From: Kiritimatiellia bacterium
GTDB taxonomy: Bacteria > Verrucomicrobiota > Kiritimatiellia > B70-G9
Length of the DNA stretch: 64,000 bases
Reading direction: 5' to 3'
NCBI GenBank assembly: GCA_029934055.1
Contig: JAOZMZ010000002.1
Location: 14,489-78,488 of the forward strand
Shown here one piece after another: positions 20,701 through 27,300 of the stretch. Each line of letters begins with the position of its first letter. Position 1 is the first letter of the stretch. A program made the position numbers and the translations under genes. The notes under the pieces were generated by a model, which saw nothing but the letters and a program-made list of their open reading frames with translations, made no database searches and was not told where the DNA came from.

Positions 20701-20868
20701 CCGGCCGTGCCCGGCATGAACTATCAACTCGAGTACACCACCAACATGATCACCTCGCCGTGGCAGATTCTGACCACCATTACGGCCTCCAGCACCAACG
20801 AAGAATATCTGGATTACTCCACAAACGGCCTGCGCTTCTACCGCGTACGCTTCACCGGTTCCCCTTGA
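8710..20868 (+). CDS. Giant secreted multidomain subtilisin-like serine peptidase (S8), 4052 aa. Domain order: signal peptide, STN/secretin-N-like domain, I9-like propeptide, S8 catalytic domain, proprotein-convertase P-domain, beta-propeller-like W-repeats, FN3, multiple TSP3 Ca-binding repeats, carboxypeptidase-regulatory-like domains, Kelch repeats, C-terminal FN3-like tail.
   Basis: - S8 catalytic triad motifs: GVIIGVMDTGIDFNH (Asp), HGTHVSGTILG (His), GTSMATPIAAGAGALV (Ser).
- P-domain: LKITLAWTDDPG...VNDLDLIVIAPDG.
- Six or more repeats of type PIVAWxG...W(D/N)G(T/S)(N/A)W.
- More than ten D-x-D-x-DG-x-x-DGWE TSP3-like repeats (e.g. NPDSDGDGMPDGWE).
- Kelch-like PARWGHCMVYD...LLFGG.
- GTG start with a strong SD. 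Confidence 0.9.
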   Translation: MKSMVAGCWAFLAFWGSATALFGALPDNPSGNPNPAVPDYVLTVSSSNLYSLHAAGAPVQAILRDIARASGIKIHVAPDLNTKINADLRDLPLDKLLAQLAESHAFVYVSEEDGIHLVGAQVTSRSNEKHLSQVATVQTGKTKARRTTFITNSDSDPAQLLRDPDTLLLRNAFIDTRAAVEEGVRLSVPPDLSAAENNPYFLVQFDHPVGSADRELLSGVGAEVLNYVPHRAYLVRIAPQLRSRLAEVQGVRYVTPYHPYFKLAPPLLASLIGVPDQAATAQVRRGKFNVMIFPGAPDWKKELSAIGVSVGTVVTAGGRTFATVHCPPEKIRALAGCAAVQWIEPFAPPTLLNDIGNRYTHATRLRLSHPSLDGQGVIIGVMDTGIDFNHRTFAEDPSLPTTTGQNTRIVYYETRPNPESDGIPGDNVGHGTHVSGTILGNGALSETVVKAPGSGAGPYATNAFAGVAPAARLVMLEGFAVEGYGYTATEAAELEYSHGARISANSWGNPELFEYGTESAVWDALVRDADTNSSGNQQLIVFFAAGNDSYGNVDGTGGTASRIREQAAAKNVISVGALETPRYATNLPEYASLWESDSDWQVAWFSSRGPVSSTDLRVKPDIVAPGSFILSAQSKDTNPDEVENPPLPNRDYRHGNVDSGTNYAFMSGTSMATPIAAGAGALVYQYYTNTYETTPSPAMMKAILVNGARMVNRVLYSYPAYGTASTNIAQGWGMVDVSRAVDGPGLHDSDDVVWLDEDQTATLQTGEEYSYQYSVAEGEGGLKITLAWTDDPGTPGNAVQLVNDLDLIVIAPDGRGYVGNYFDSDGWSSAIVADPTNSVYGDRYNNVEQVVIPEPDAGTYYIRVIGHEVPGSGQNFALAIMKGISPVPAHTQGGHPAMVLDSNQYPIVAWSGDDGGGHDQIFVKRWQGATGDQSDIGHWKRLDERWTDMNDSARITGISKTLEDSEDPCIAVYGELIYVAWKEEAPLSGPAHIHLRCWNGTNWIELGQSAHDTGLSGENSYSASDPSISLTSNGLPIVAWRQPVLNGTEYNEQIRVVRWDGTNWLGYAGSDSNGIPGTGQSTITPTMISDAAGRPVIAWYGLPSGGGSPGIHVYRWDGSAWVSIGSPVSATGVQEPSLALAPNGDIYLTWVQFGSGIDEPNTQIYAAHYSGGGWHEFGGSMTYPGISSSSNTVTDPAGPAISIAPDGTVYVAWQAGNNDPNSLFLKKYSGGAWVGILQSDEPPGIARSGGIATNTVLLADGYGLPVVSYSAIVSGDKQIFTYRLVTDELPPAFTGLKDAAGGTNSNVSLSWDQAVDTSTTIYYHIYQSTNFWLCGQQPSCDADDVFNHEIAVVTNTTSYEVTGLQNDRLWCFGVRAEDTNGLLDANTVMHSAGPIAGGGDTDGDCLENSLEFAAGTEPCLQDTDGDGMWDGWEWTYSTNNPAHTNTFSLDPLDNGNDRVRTAEPDDGDPDQLPDADLDNDGASTLEEFEWWYTNTYLSTGCDATGPTNRSGPDPTNPDSDGDGMNDGWEIFNDLNPGDPSDGAVDADGDGVANSNEFAYGIDPTNPDSDSDGITDGDEIQTYGTDPSLPDTDRDGLDDGFELQIGSDPLDADSNDSGVSDGDTFQLGWDDPTLPITNFNLLLSENFEPSSPTRNQWTHYWTDGNYPYDFWHFSTAEPAPKTNTVVYITDHSTSTVYRMAADPSGTNVDATYSTGSIVQCALESPAIDASAVENLFVSWNEFYATEPQWDIMELQARAGSDSNWFVVSDTRSGFSYGWTNRVADLTRFAGMTNVHLRFFFAAQNSNNNAYAGWFVDDVRVYEGVTITGWVRDINGRPIAGAEVMAIGRGQVTNAVHGHRYVLPGKVFGTRTTTADGSYQIAGLPQGHYYVKASQAGYVDEFYNGPLFSGQYGFGNLLNPGVPDRDQVTSAGWVNLTGTGQRVECDFELEKGSGRGYLGVMLANGAGSSYEVFLNGLSVEIWNGVTNSDTNAPPVADLEPYRSSTNTTLWNNHPDWITNPVEPLLIADIAPGSHLVSAGTNLTLYPPAEVLVREGEISLVNIFTNQGEGRLYVTADDDGAYPVWLDGRDTGELTPVLLAVKAGEHTICIIPTNSLRVAPQTADVPLGVRVKVAFSTNDISGNPGSLLIQTVDVNGNAVTGAAVYVDERRVEPDEVSQGYTNLTPTIVNNLLPGSHLVTVSKDGYAAAELRPIAIGQGIQSEITFVLHEADSDYDGVGDWTEISGYTNRFLYARDDDPDNDGLNNLFEFDQYRLFDVRLNIFNADSDGDGMPDGDELGYDGITNRLALSSLSTNAVQGTDTVRAYFVGRYLEGIDNFGQDHVNPAVECDRFEASTVSHPMIPVPAVDPALTVFGGIPPTVSERAVDVGHNPGAVLLADALPDQQDTDGDTLWDGFEFQFGRDTVAGLDPTECSDPNADPDYDGASNYREFLGADGLANTNDWSDPTNPDSDGDGMPDGWEYDHSLDPTDPSDAAEDSDSDGLANSNEYVHGTNPQLPDTDKDYLPDGPEVLQYQSNPLKTDTDGDHLIDGREVWDWNTNGVFDGGFFHFPSNHIPGDLDGDGMLDGPSDWDTDGDGMPDGFEVIDAFGNVRSPALDPYNPNDGDEDYDGDGLNNLEEYLVWNAQYGNPPGSFDTNYGYVVWDYSTDPFNPDSDGDGMPDGWEVIYGLHPMDPIPVDGVLQVRYPELGADGDVDHDGLFNEREYSVRFLINPGADSNSITEASTSPWNPDSDGDGLGDGEEDRSFRCSPVVQDTDRDGLTDGVSLTGHWAEVESAPRLANGAMSVSNHYDRALNDLWRLVWPKFQDLPNWEQVTPNTNNPLPEPRWGPAATYIPVFEIKTREIDSGLKTTNTVLLDNRQIVIIGGRDGVERFTNIWEFVIRSNSWVLSDATLDDIGLSEGLSEVSAVTLLGYFNTRADQCPCDNQPYYCDGTSFGLPKNRPWDNGYGRSSFDWTYILGGWDEIHNYYQPVPMPSYYYKSTDDQDPITEEDPVGAEGYNSGPVSDESLIQIGTLTEGQQASNEWAVGAEGINDGAVTNVTRVAIGSGATNGLFFDGLNIPAGSTIISANMDLNITAYGASTNNLHIVGELLSNGQSDNDYTNDPPSYRRVFSAFISSTQDFTISAADLSAFKTNIDITAIVTEMVARPDWAAQSAGFLIYGETLGASNELRVGESVLHVVYRQPAAEYDYNGFFFDDVYLRTNCEDILSAELVLDLTSTGISSNDLHLRGELWLDGKSSVDYTGIPVTNRLTMSQFLSSELQFTVVVTGYTVVALDVTPIIAEMLAQDNWAAESAGFILWGDTHGSTLYEYAGKTTLRVTYRPGYKKKAYWTSGTHVQISGEMPGVRKSVVQVYDYKRDRIVAFGGIGGRTVYADTYEGTPVWNDLDGEVVYADPQSIGDPHMILWTKIIPAHSPPARWGHCMVYDPVDECVLLFGGFDADNRPLNDLWKYKDGDWSHITVFEDSQVPPPRGGASMIYFGAFMYDRGYADYCLSCDHQAPVLFGGTDGSHYFNDTWVYDFESARWIMVNPDGEQSQGPQPRAFAVFVFAQNAGWSPDPEGTATYEDLDPADRCATPAAYLFGGRCGTLPTSADTDYDYVSDGEEHAIGGPAAGHDPRVNALIPNTDTNESLPFCFLQIGSLVADTGSRGTIANLEALSYEEGDDSGDYAPAFDLPFQGYPLQPNSNTNIFDSGVDARLPQFTNLWYHRDGGDDPFGPGNAWELGIPNPDAVGTDAAPDHAHSGRWCFGTDLDGRYPDDAICELYSPLFSLTLPPAAATCSNNPNSFFLVFYEWLDLHDTNDAVRLDVICPRTPADILTRSGTNVVNILSDRNSNYNTDGAWRRVVVSLDPVANESNLYLRFTLQSDNDGNAGGWYIDDISILQGAEISGILSNSSAPFAYGDVAVFGGDNLAGAMDVTKTDANGYFEFGLLPLGVYRVATVGTLFDPIAMSSTGWNYTLGTSSIPPLVVSTVTPGSPTAIAWPAVPGMNYQLEYTTNMITSPWQILTTITASSTNEEYLDYSTNGLRFYRVRFTGSP

Positions 20869-21088
20869 TATAAAAGGCCCCGGCCCACAATAAGTATACT
20901 CGGCGGGGGCAACGTCCCATATACCGTATCGGTGACCGCGTCTCCCATACCCTCCAGCCTGGCGCCGGACTTGCAAGCATCCCGCCTGAGGCGTAACTTT
21001 TGACAGCGCGGGTCGCGCTGCCTCGCGTCAGTACGCGTCGTATGACAAGCGGCCCTCCAGGGCTGGTCACGGAGGGTAAAGGAATCTC

Positions 21089-22066
21089 ATGACGGCGGTG
21101 CAATGCGGTTTGTGCCCCAAGGGCTGCATCATCCAGCCCGGGCAGAGCGGCGAATGCCGAATACGTGTAAACATCGATGGGCAGCTTCGGGCCGTGACCT
21201 ATGGATACCCATGCTCCGCCCATGTCGATCCGGTGGAAAAGAAACCTCTCTTTCACTTCCTGCCGGGAACCCCCATCCTCTCCATCGCCACCGTCGGATG
21301 CAACCTCCACTGTCGTAATTGCCAGAACTGGGAGATATCCCAGCAAAACCCGGAAGACTCCAGCTCCTTTCACCTGCCACCGGAGGCGGTTCCCGCCCTG
21401 GCCTCACGCTACGACTGCCTGTCGGTCGCCTATACCTATACCGAGCCGATCGTCTTCTACGAATACACACTCGACTGCAGCATACACGCCCGGGAAGCCG
21501 GCCTGAAAAATGTTCTTGTAACCGCCGGCTACATCAATCGTGCCCCCTGGCGTGAGCTCTGCCGCTACATCGACGCCGCCAATATCGACCTGAAAGCCTT
21601 CTCCGATCGGTTCTACCGCGACGTCTGTGATGGAACCCTCAAGCCCGTCCTCGATGCCATCGTCACCGCCCGCGACTCCGGCGTCCTGGTCGAACTCACA
21701 AACCTCGTGATCCCCACTCTCAACGACAGTGATGAAGATTTCTCACGTCTCAGCCGCTGGGTCGCATCCGAAATGGGGCCTGACACCCCCCTGCATTTCT
21801 CGCGCTTCTATCCCCACTACCGCATGCGTCACCTGCCCCCCACGCCCACCGACACGCTCCTGCGGGCCCGCGACATAGCCCGTGCACAGGGGCTGCATTT
21901 CGTCTATATCGGCAACATTCTCACCCCCGACGGCGAAAACACCTATTGCCCCGCCTGTGGGCGCCTGCTGATACGAAGACGCGGCTACGCCGTCCTCGAA
22001 AATCACGTCCGTGACGACGGACGCTGCAGCTATTGTAATGCGGAGATACACGGAATATGGAAATAA
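21089..22066 (+). CDS. amrS: AmmeMemoRadiSam-system radical SAM enzyme (PFL-activase-like)
   Basis: An N-terminal Cys cluster (CGLCPKGC...GECRIR) precedes the radical-SAM CxxxCxxC motif (GCNLHCRNCQNW). The C-terminal Cys pair CPACG...CSYC is present. Length is about 325 aa. Confidence 0.7.
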   Translation: MTAVQCGLCPKGCIIQPGQSGECRIRVNIDGQLRAVTYGYPCSAHVDPVEKKPLFHFLPGTPILSIATVGCNLHCRNCQNWEISQQNPEDSSSFHLPPEAVPALASRYDCLSVAYTYTEPIVFYEYTLDCSIHAREAGLKNVLVTAGYINRAPWRELCRYIDAANIDLKAFSDRFYRDVCDGTLKPVLDAIVTARDSGVLVELTNLVIPTLNDSDEDFSRLSRWVASEMGPDTPLHFSRFYPHYRMRHLPPTPTDTLLRARDIARAQGLHFVYIGNILTPDGENTYCPACGRLLIRRRGYAVLENHVRDDGRCSYCNAEIHGIWK

Positions 22067-22209
22067 CCCGGCGCAGATTTATTTTGCTCGTTCTCGGCAC
22101 CACCCTCGGGACGGCCGCCTTCGTCGGCGGCCTGCTGCGCCGTCTCACCCCGCGAGTGGTGACGGTCGCGCGCCGCGCAGCCCGCTTTCCGGGCCGCGTC
22201 ATCCCGATC

Positions 22210-23133
22210 TCATATTCCAGAATAAGGCGGCGTGCCCACTGGGCCGGCTGATCCATCGTCCGGCTCTGTCTTCACACCGCCCGTCGCCCGCTTCTCCTCC
22301 GTGATCTCCTCGTTCAGACTGCCGGTGCGGTAACCCTCCAGGTCGAGCGTGACGTATCGAAATCCATTCTCGCGTAACAGCTTCACGATCTTCAAACGTA
22401 CCGCATCGTCCGCGCCCCCGGCCACATTCTCCGGCGCAAGTTCGATCCTGGCGACCCCCCCGGCGTGAACCCGCACTCTTACCACGTCAAAACCCATCGC
22501 ACGAAGAGCCTCCTCCGAACGTTCAATCCTCCGCAGCAATTCCACCGTAAGGGGTATCCCGTACGCCACACGCGACGCCAAACATGCCGAAGAAGCCCGC
22601 CCGGCGGTCGGCAACCCCATCCGCCGGGACAAATTCCGGATTTCCTCTTTACCCAACCCCACCTCCGCCAAAGGACTACGGACCCCCGCCTCGCGCAAAG
22701 CCTGCGTCCCCGGCCGGTAATCCGCCGCATCATCCCGGTTGCTCCCGTCGAGCACACTCACAAAGCCCAACTCCGCTGCCGTCCGCAACAGAACCCGGCA
22801 CAACTCCCGTTTGCAGAAATAACAACGATCCGGGGAGTTTGCCCTGAAATGATCGTCATCCATCTCATGCGTCTCTACGAACCGGTGACGAATCCCTATT
22901 TGCCGCACGAGTTCCGTCGCCGAACGGCGTTCGCTCTCGGTATACGTGGGAGATACCGCCGTCACCGCCATGACCGCATTCCCCAGCACCCGAGCCGCCA
23001 CCGCCGCCAGAAAAGTACTGTCCACCCCGCCGCTGAAGGCAATTACCGCCGAGCCGACATCCCGTAACAGCTCCTCCAACGCCTCCATCCGCTCCTCTGT
23101 CACCCGCGGAATACCTGCATTTTTCATCCACAC
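22210..23133 (-). CDS. PP-loop ATP pyrophosphatase of the LarE / TIGR00268-like family (possible sulfur transferase)
   Basis: SGGVDS PP-loop at the N-terminus (AVIAFSGGVDSTFLAAVAA). A conserved Cys region follows (PDRCYFCKRELC). Length is about 300 aa. Confidence 0.7.
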   Translation of the reverse strand: MWMKNAGIPRVTEERMEALEELLRDVGSAVIAFSGGVDSTFLAAVAARVLGNAVMAVTAVSPTYTESERRSATELVRQIGIRHRFVETHEMDDDHFRANSPDRCYFCKRELCRVLLRTAAELGFVSVLDGSNRDDAADYRPGTQALREAGVRSPLAEVGLGKEEIRNLSRRMGLPTAGRASSACLASRVAYGIPLTVELLRRIERSEEALRAMGFDVVRVRVHAGGVARIELAPENVAGGADDAVRLKIVKLLRENGFRYVTLDLEGYRTGSLNEEITEEKRATGGVKTEPDDGSAGPVGTPPYSGI

Positions 23134-23134
23134 A

Positions 23135-24211
23135 CTATCCCTCTATCCACCCGCCGCCGAGAACTTCATCACCATCATACATCACCGCCGCCTGCCCCGG
23201 GGTCACTGCAAACTGTGGCTCGGCGAACTCTATTTCGGCCTCCCCTTCGGATGTCACCCGCACCCGCGCAGTCGCCGCCTCGTGACGGTGACGTATCTGG
23301 ACATGACACTCAAAATCCGTCGCCGGCGGTGCGCCGGCGATCCAGTGCACCTCCGCCACCCGGCACCCCTCCCGCATACATTCCGCGCGCGGGCCGACAA
23401 TGACGCGGTTCTCCCGCGTCTCGACGGCGAGAACATACATGGGCCTCCCCACCGCTATTCCCAACCCCGTCCTCTGTCCGACCGTATACCGGTGGCAACC
23501 CGCGTGCCGTCCCAGTACCCGGCCGGCACTGTCGCATATCTGCCCCTCGCGCTTCAACTCCGGGTGTTCCGCCTCCACCAATTCTGAATATTTCGAGCCT
23601 GCAACAAAACACAGATCCCGACTGGAGCGCTGCCCTCCTACCGGCAGGCCCCTTCGGTGCACTTCGGCGGCCGCCTCTTCCCTGGTCAAGTCGCCCAGCG
23701 GGAAAACCACCCGCATGAGCTGTGCGGCGTTCAGGCGATGCAGGAAATAAGACTGATCCCTCCGCCGATCCCTGGCCCGCAGAAGGCGCACTCCGCAGTC
23801 ACGGCGCTCCACGCGCGCGTAGTGACCGGTCGCAAAAAAATCGCAATCCCGCCGCAAGGCGTGCTCCATGACCAGCCCGAATTTCATCGCCGCATTACAT
23901 ATGATGCAGGGTGACGGTGTCCGCCCGACCGTGTATTCATCAATGAATCCCGCTACAACGGTCGTCTTGAACTGTTCTCCGATGTCGAGTCTTTCATGCG
24001 GGATGCCCAGCATGGTGGCGACCTTTTCGGCTCGTTCGGCCGCTATGGCTGGTTGCCCGCCCGCTGCACTCCACATCTCGGCGGTGATTCCCCGGACCTC
24101 ATGCCCGGCCTTGATCAACACGGCGGCCGCCGCCGAGCTGTCGAGCCCTCCACTCATACCCACGGCAACCCGCATAGGCCGCGGGCGGCTGCTGATCCTG
24201 CTCTTATTCAT
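23135..24211 (-). CDS. mnmA: tRNA-specific 2-thiouridylase MnmA
   Basis: PP-loop VAVGMSGGLDSSAAAAVL, then catalytic Cys motifs (SPCIICNAAMKFG; FFATGHYARV). The C-terminal beta-barrel region fits MnmA. Length is about 350 aa. Confidence 0.85.
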   Translation of the reverse strand: MNKSRISSRPRPMRVAVGMSGGLDSSAAAAVLIKAGHEVRGITAEMWSAAGGQPAIAAERAEKVATMLGIPHERLDIGEQFKTTVVAGFIDEYTVGRTPSPCIICNAAMKFGLVMEHALRRDCDFFATGHYARVERRDCGVRLLRARDRRRDQSYFLHRLNAAQLMRVVFPLGDLTREEAAAEVHRRGLPVGGQRSSRDLCFVAGSKYSELVEAEHPELKREGQICDSAGRVLGRHAGCHRYTVGQRTGLGIAVGRPMYVLAVETRENRVIVGPRAECMREGCRVAEVHWIAGAPPATDFECHVQIRHRHEAATARVRVTSEGEAEIEFAEPQFAVTPGQAAVMYDGDEVLGGGWIEG

Positions 24212-24364
24212 AACTTTCGAACCACCCCGCCGGAATCCCTGAGGGGCCTGTCACGAGGGAATATCCCCTTTCCCTCACGCGGATGCAAACTCTCCCGGGC
24301 TTGATCAACCGCCTTCTCAATCTGCTTGACAGTTACCCGTTTTCATGTTAACAAAAAAGTAACG

Positions 24365-27300
24365 ATGACTCGCCTGAGCTTCACGCTAATCTCACAAGGA
24401 GGAATTTTGAATAAATCAATTTTGAGAGCGCTTGCAATTATCGCGGCGGCTGTCGCCGTAACCCGGCAGATACCCGCGGAGACCCTGTCGAACGCCGGAT
24501 TCGAAACCGGCGACCTCTCAGGATGGTCAACCATCACCAATCAACTCTCCATCGCCACCGATACCAACAACACGTTCAATCAAAACTACGCCGCCCGCCT
24601 CCAGGGATCGTTCTGCGCCTCCTCACCCATCACCAATACCCTCTCCCAATCCATCAATGTCGCCGCTGGCGATCAACTCCACTTGCTGGGATTCGTTCAC
24701 TGGGCCACCAACTCCTATTCCTCATCCGCCGGGACGGGAACCGTCTGCGCCTCCCTGAGCGATACCTTCGGTGCTGTCACCAGCGCCACCTGGAACGCCG
24801 CTTTCGACGGCTGGCGCTTCTTCGACCTCCACCACGAACTCTTCGGCATCCACGACCGCGGATTCGAATCAGGCGGCCTCAGTGCCTGGGATACGGGCTG
24901 CGATGACCTCACCGCCTCGGTTCAGGCCGCCGTGGCCGATGTCGGCGATTATGCCCTCGAAATGGCCGGAACCTTCGACGGCTGGAGCTGGAACCAAGTC
25001 TACCAGCTGCTCACTCTCACCAACGGCGACGTCATTCACGCCCGCGCCCGTATCAATGTCGAGGAACTCAATACCACCGGATCATGGGTGGTCGCAGGCA
25101 TTAAACTGGAAAAGGACGGCGGTGGCTACGGAGTCGAAGACGTCATCCAGGCGAACACCAACTCCACCGGCTGGCAGGATCTCTCCTTCGTAAGCGCCCC
25201 AATCACCAACAGCGGACTCTATATCTTCCGCTGTATGATCTGCGGCTATGGGGCGGCCACCTGCACCGTCTATTTCGACGATATCCTCGTGTGGCGCGAG
25301 GAGGATTCCACCGACGGCCTCGCCACGGCGACGGTCTCCCTGTCCTTCGAGGGGTTCTCGGGAGGCGCTTCCGAAACCGGCACGGTGGATCTCTACTGGG
25401 ATTCCATCGCCCTGGACGGCTCGTCCGCCAATCCCCTCCCGGCCACGAATATCTATACAACCCTGCGCGCGGAAGCCGAAAGTATCGCCACCAACCCGGC
25501 CGCCGATATCCCGGCGATCAACTACCCGCCCCTGTACGTGTACGTCTTTCCGATCGGCGATTGGGGCGTCACCGATTACCCATCCTACGTGGAAGTGGGA
25601 TTCGCCAGCTGGACGAATGGCAGCGACCTGATATGCACCAACGTAATCATTCTCTACCGTCCCGACAATGACTCGACCGAAAGAGTGCTCGAATTCGACT
25701 CCTACGGTTACCTCGGGGCGATGGCGCACACCGAACGCGGCGAGGGGATATTGCTGGACACCAACTCTCCGCCCTATTTCATGCTGGGCAGCAAGGACGG
25801 CAGCAGTGCCGAATTCGGCACGGGGCCTTTCGCGGAAACCCACACCTACGTGATCGGCACGCCGCTGACGAATTTCCCCCGCAAAATGACCACGGCCTAC
25901 GGCGACGGCTGGCCCAGCCGGCTGGAAATAGTCTTTACGGAAAATGCCGGGGCCTGTACGAGTTCCCTGTGGACCAAGCACTTCATCCTCGCCAGTATCG
26001 TGACCAACTCGGATACCCATCCCGCCAAGGGCGTCAAGATCTGCCTCTACGCAACCACTTCCGGAACGTCCAACGACATTTCCTATACCAGCCAGGAAAT
26101 CCTGATGGGCGGCGCCACGGAACCCCAAATGTACGGTCGGGTAGATTACCCCAACGTCACCTATCAGGATCACAACGCCGTCTCCCTGCGCGCCCCCTGG
26201 CTTTACAATCTGCTCGACGACGGCACCGGCTGGTGGATGCAACAGCGCCCGCGCGGCAGCGCAACGATTGAACCGATGACCCTCTATGTTTGCAGGGACT
26301 GCAACTGGGTCGAACGTCCGTACGAAGAATACCTCTTCACGTGGTTCAACGCGGCCTCCGGCGTACGTTCCGTTTTCGAGGACGACTACGCCGATCGTAT
26401 TCCCGGACAGGCATCGTATCATGTCGGGTTCAAGATCGGACACATGTACGGAACCAACGAAGACGGCACGGCCCGCTATCCCGAGGTAATCAACATCCGC
26501 GGCAACGGCTACTTCCGCATGGCGGACTACGACGGCGTCATGGCCGGCAGCTTCCGCCCGTTGGCGGCCGATATCTTCGGCCTCTATCAGTTCAGCGAAG
26601 ACGCCCCTCTGATCCCCAAAGCCTATTCCCGCATGGTTCCCCGCACCACTCCCACCAACGGAACCGACGACAGTTACGCCCAGGTCTTCCTCTCGGCCCG
26701 CTCGAAAACCAACAATTGGTTCACCTCGGCCATGGAAATGGAGCTTCACCTGAGTCCCGACGAAGTGGTCTCCAACGGGTGTTTCTTCGATCTGGAACTC
26801 GACACCTATGCCAACCGCGCGGTAACGGTCACCAACGACGGGGCCCTGGCGGCGTTCGACCAGGTCTCAATGCACTGGCGCGGCGGCTCCACCAACATGG
26901 GAATCAACGACCACACCGAAGGCCATGATATCGACGTCGTCATCCTCAAGCGTTCCGACGGCGAATGGATCACCCACCAGGTGCTCAACCCGCCCACCAA
27001 CCTTTACCACCGCGTACTGGGCACATTCGCAAGCAACGACGTGGTCTATCTCATGCAGCAAGACCGTGCCCCATATTCATACGGCTTCTCCACGGAACAA
27101 CCATACCGCAAGGCGTGCTCCTTCGAAATCACCCTCCTCGATGACGCCGGACGTGACCTAACCCTCGACGTCTATGAACAAAACACGGCCAGCGAAATAT
27201 CCGACAACGTCAACATCGCCGCCAACTTCAGCGACGATCTCTCCAGCGGCGAACACCTCCACTACAAGTATCGCTATCGCTCGATCTACGCTCCCGGGGT

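Noticed and set aside
9477-20976. Long antisense ORFs inside the giant protease gene (e.g. 15043..17121 at 692 aa, 12274..13584 at 436 aa, 19795..20976 at 393 aa, 10588..11394, 13657..14388)
   Set aside because: These are GC-rich shadow frames. Their translations are low-complexity (GVG, AVAV, GGDG runs) and lack any motif. The plus-strand frame contains a complete S8 triad, FN3 and TSP3 modules.
20869-21088. Rho-independent terminator after the giant gene
   Set aside because: The only candidate, GGCCCCGGCC, is too short and lacks a following T-run. ORF 20852..21373(-) in this gap has no features and is probably spurious.
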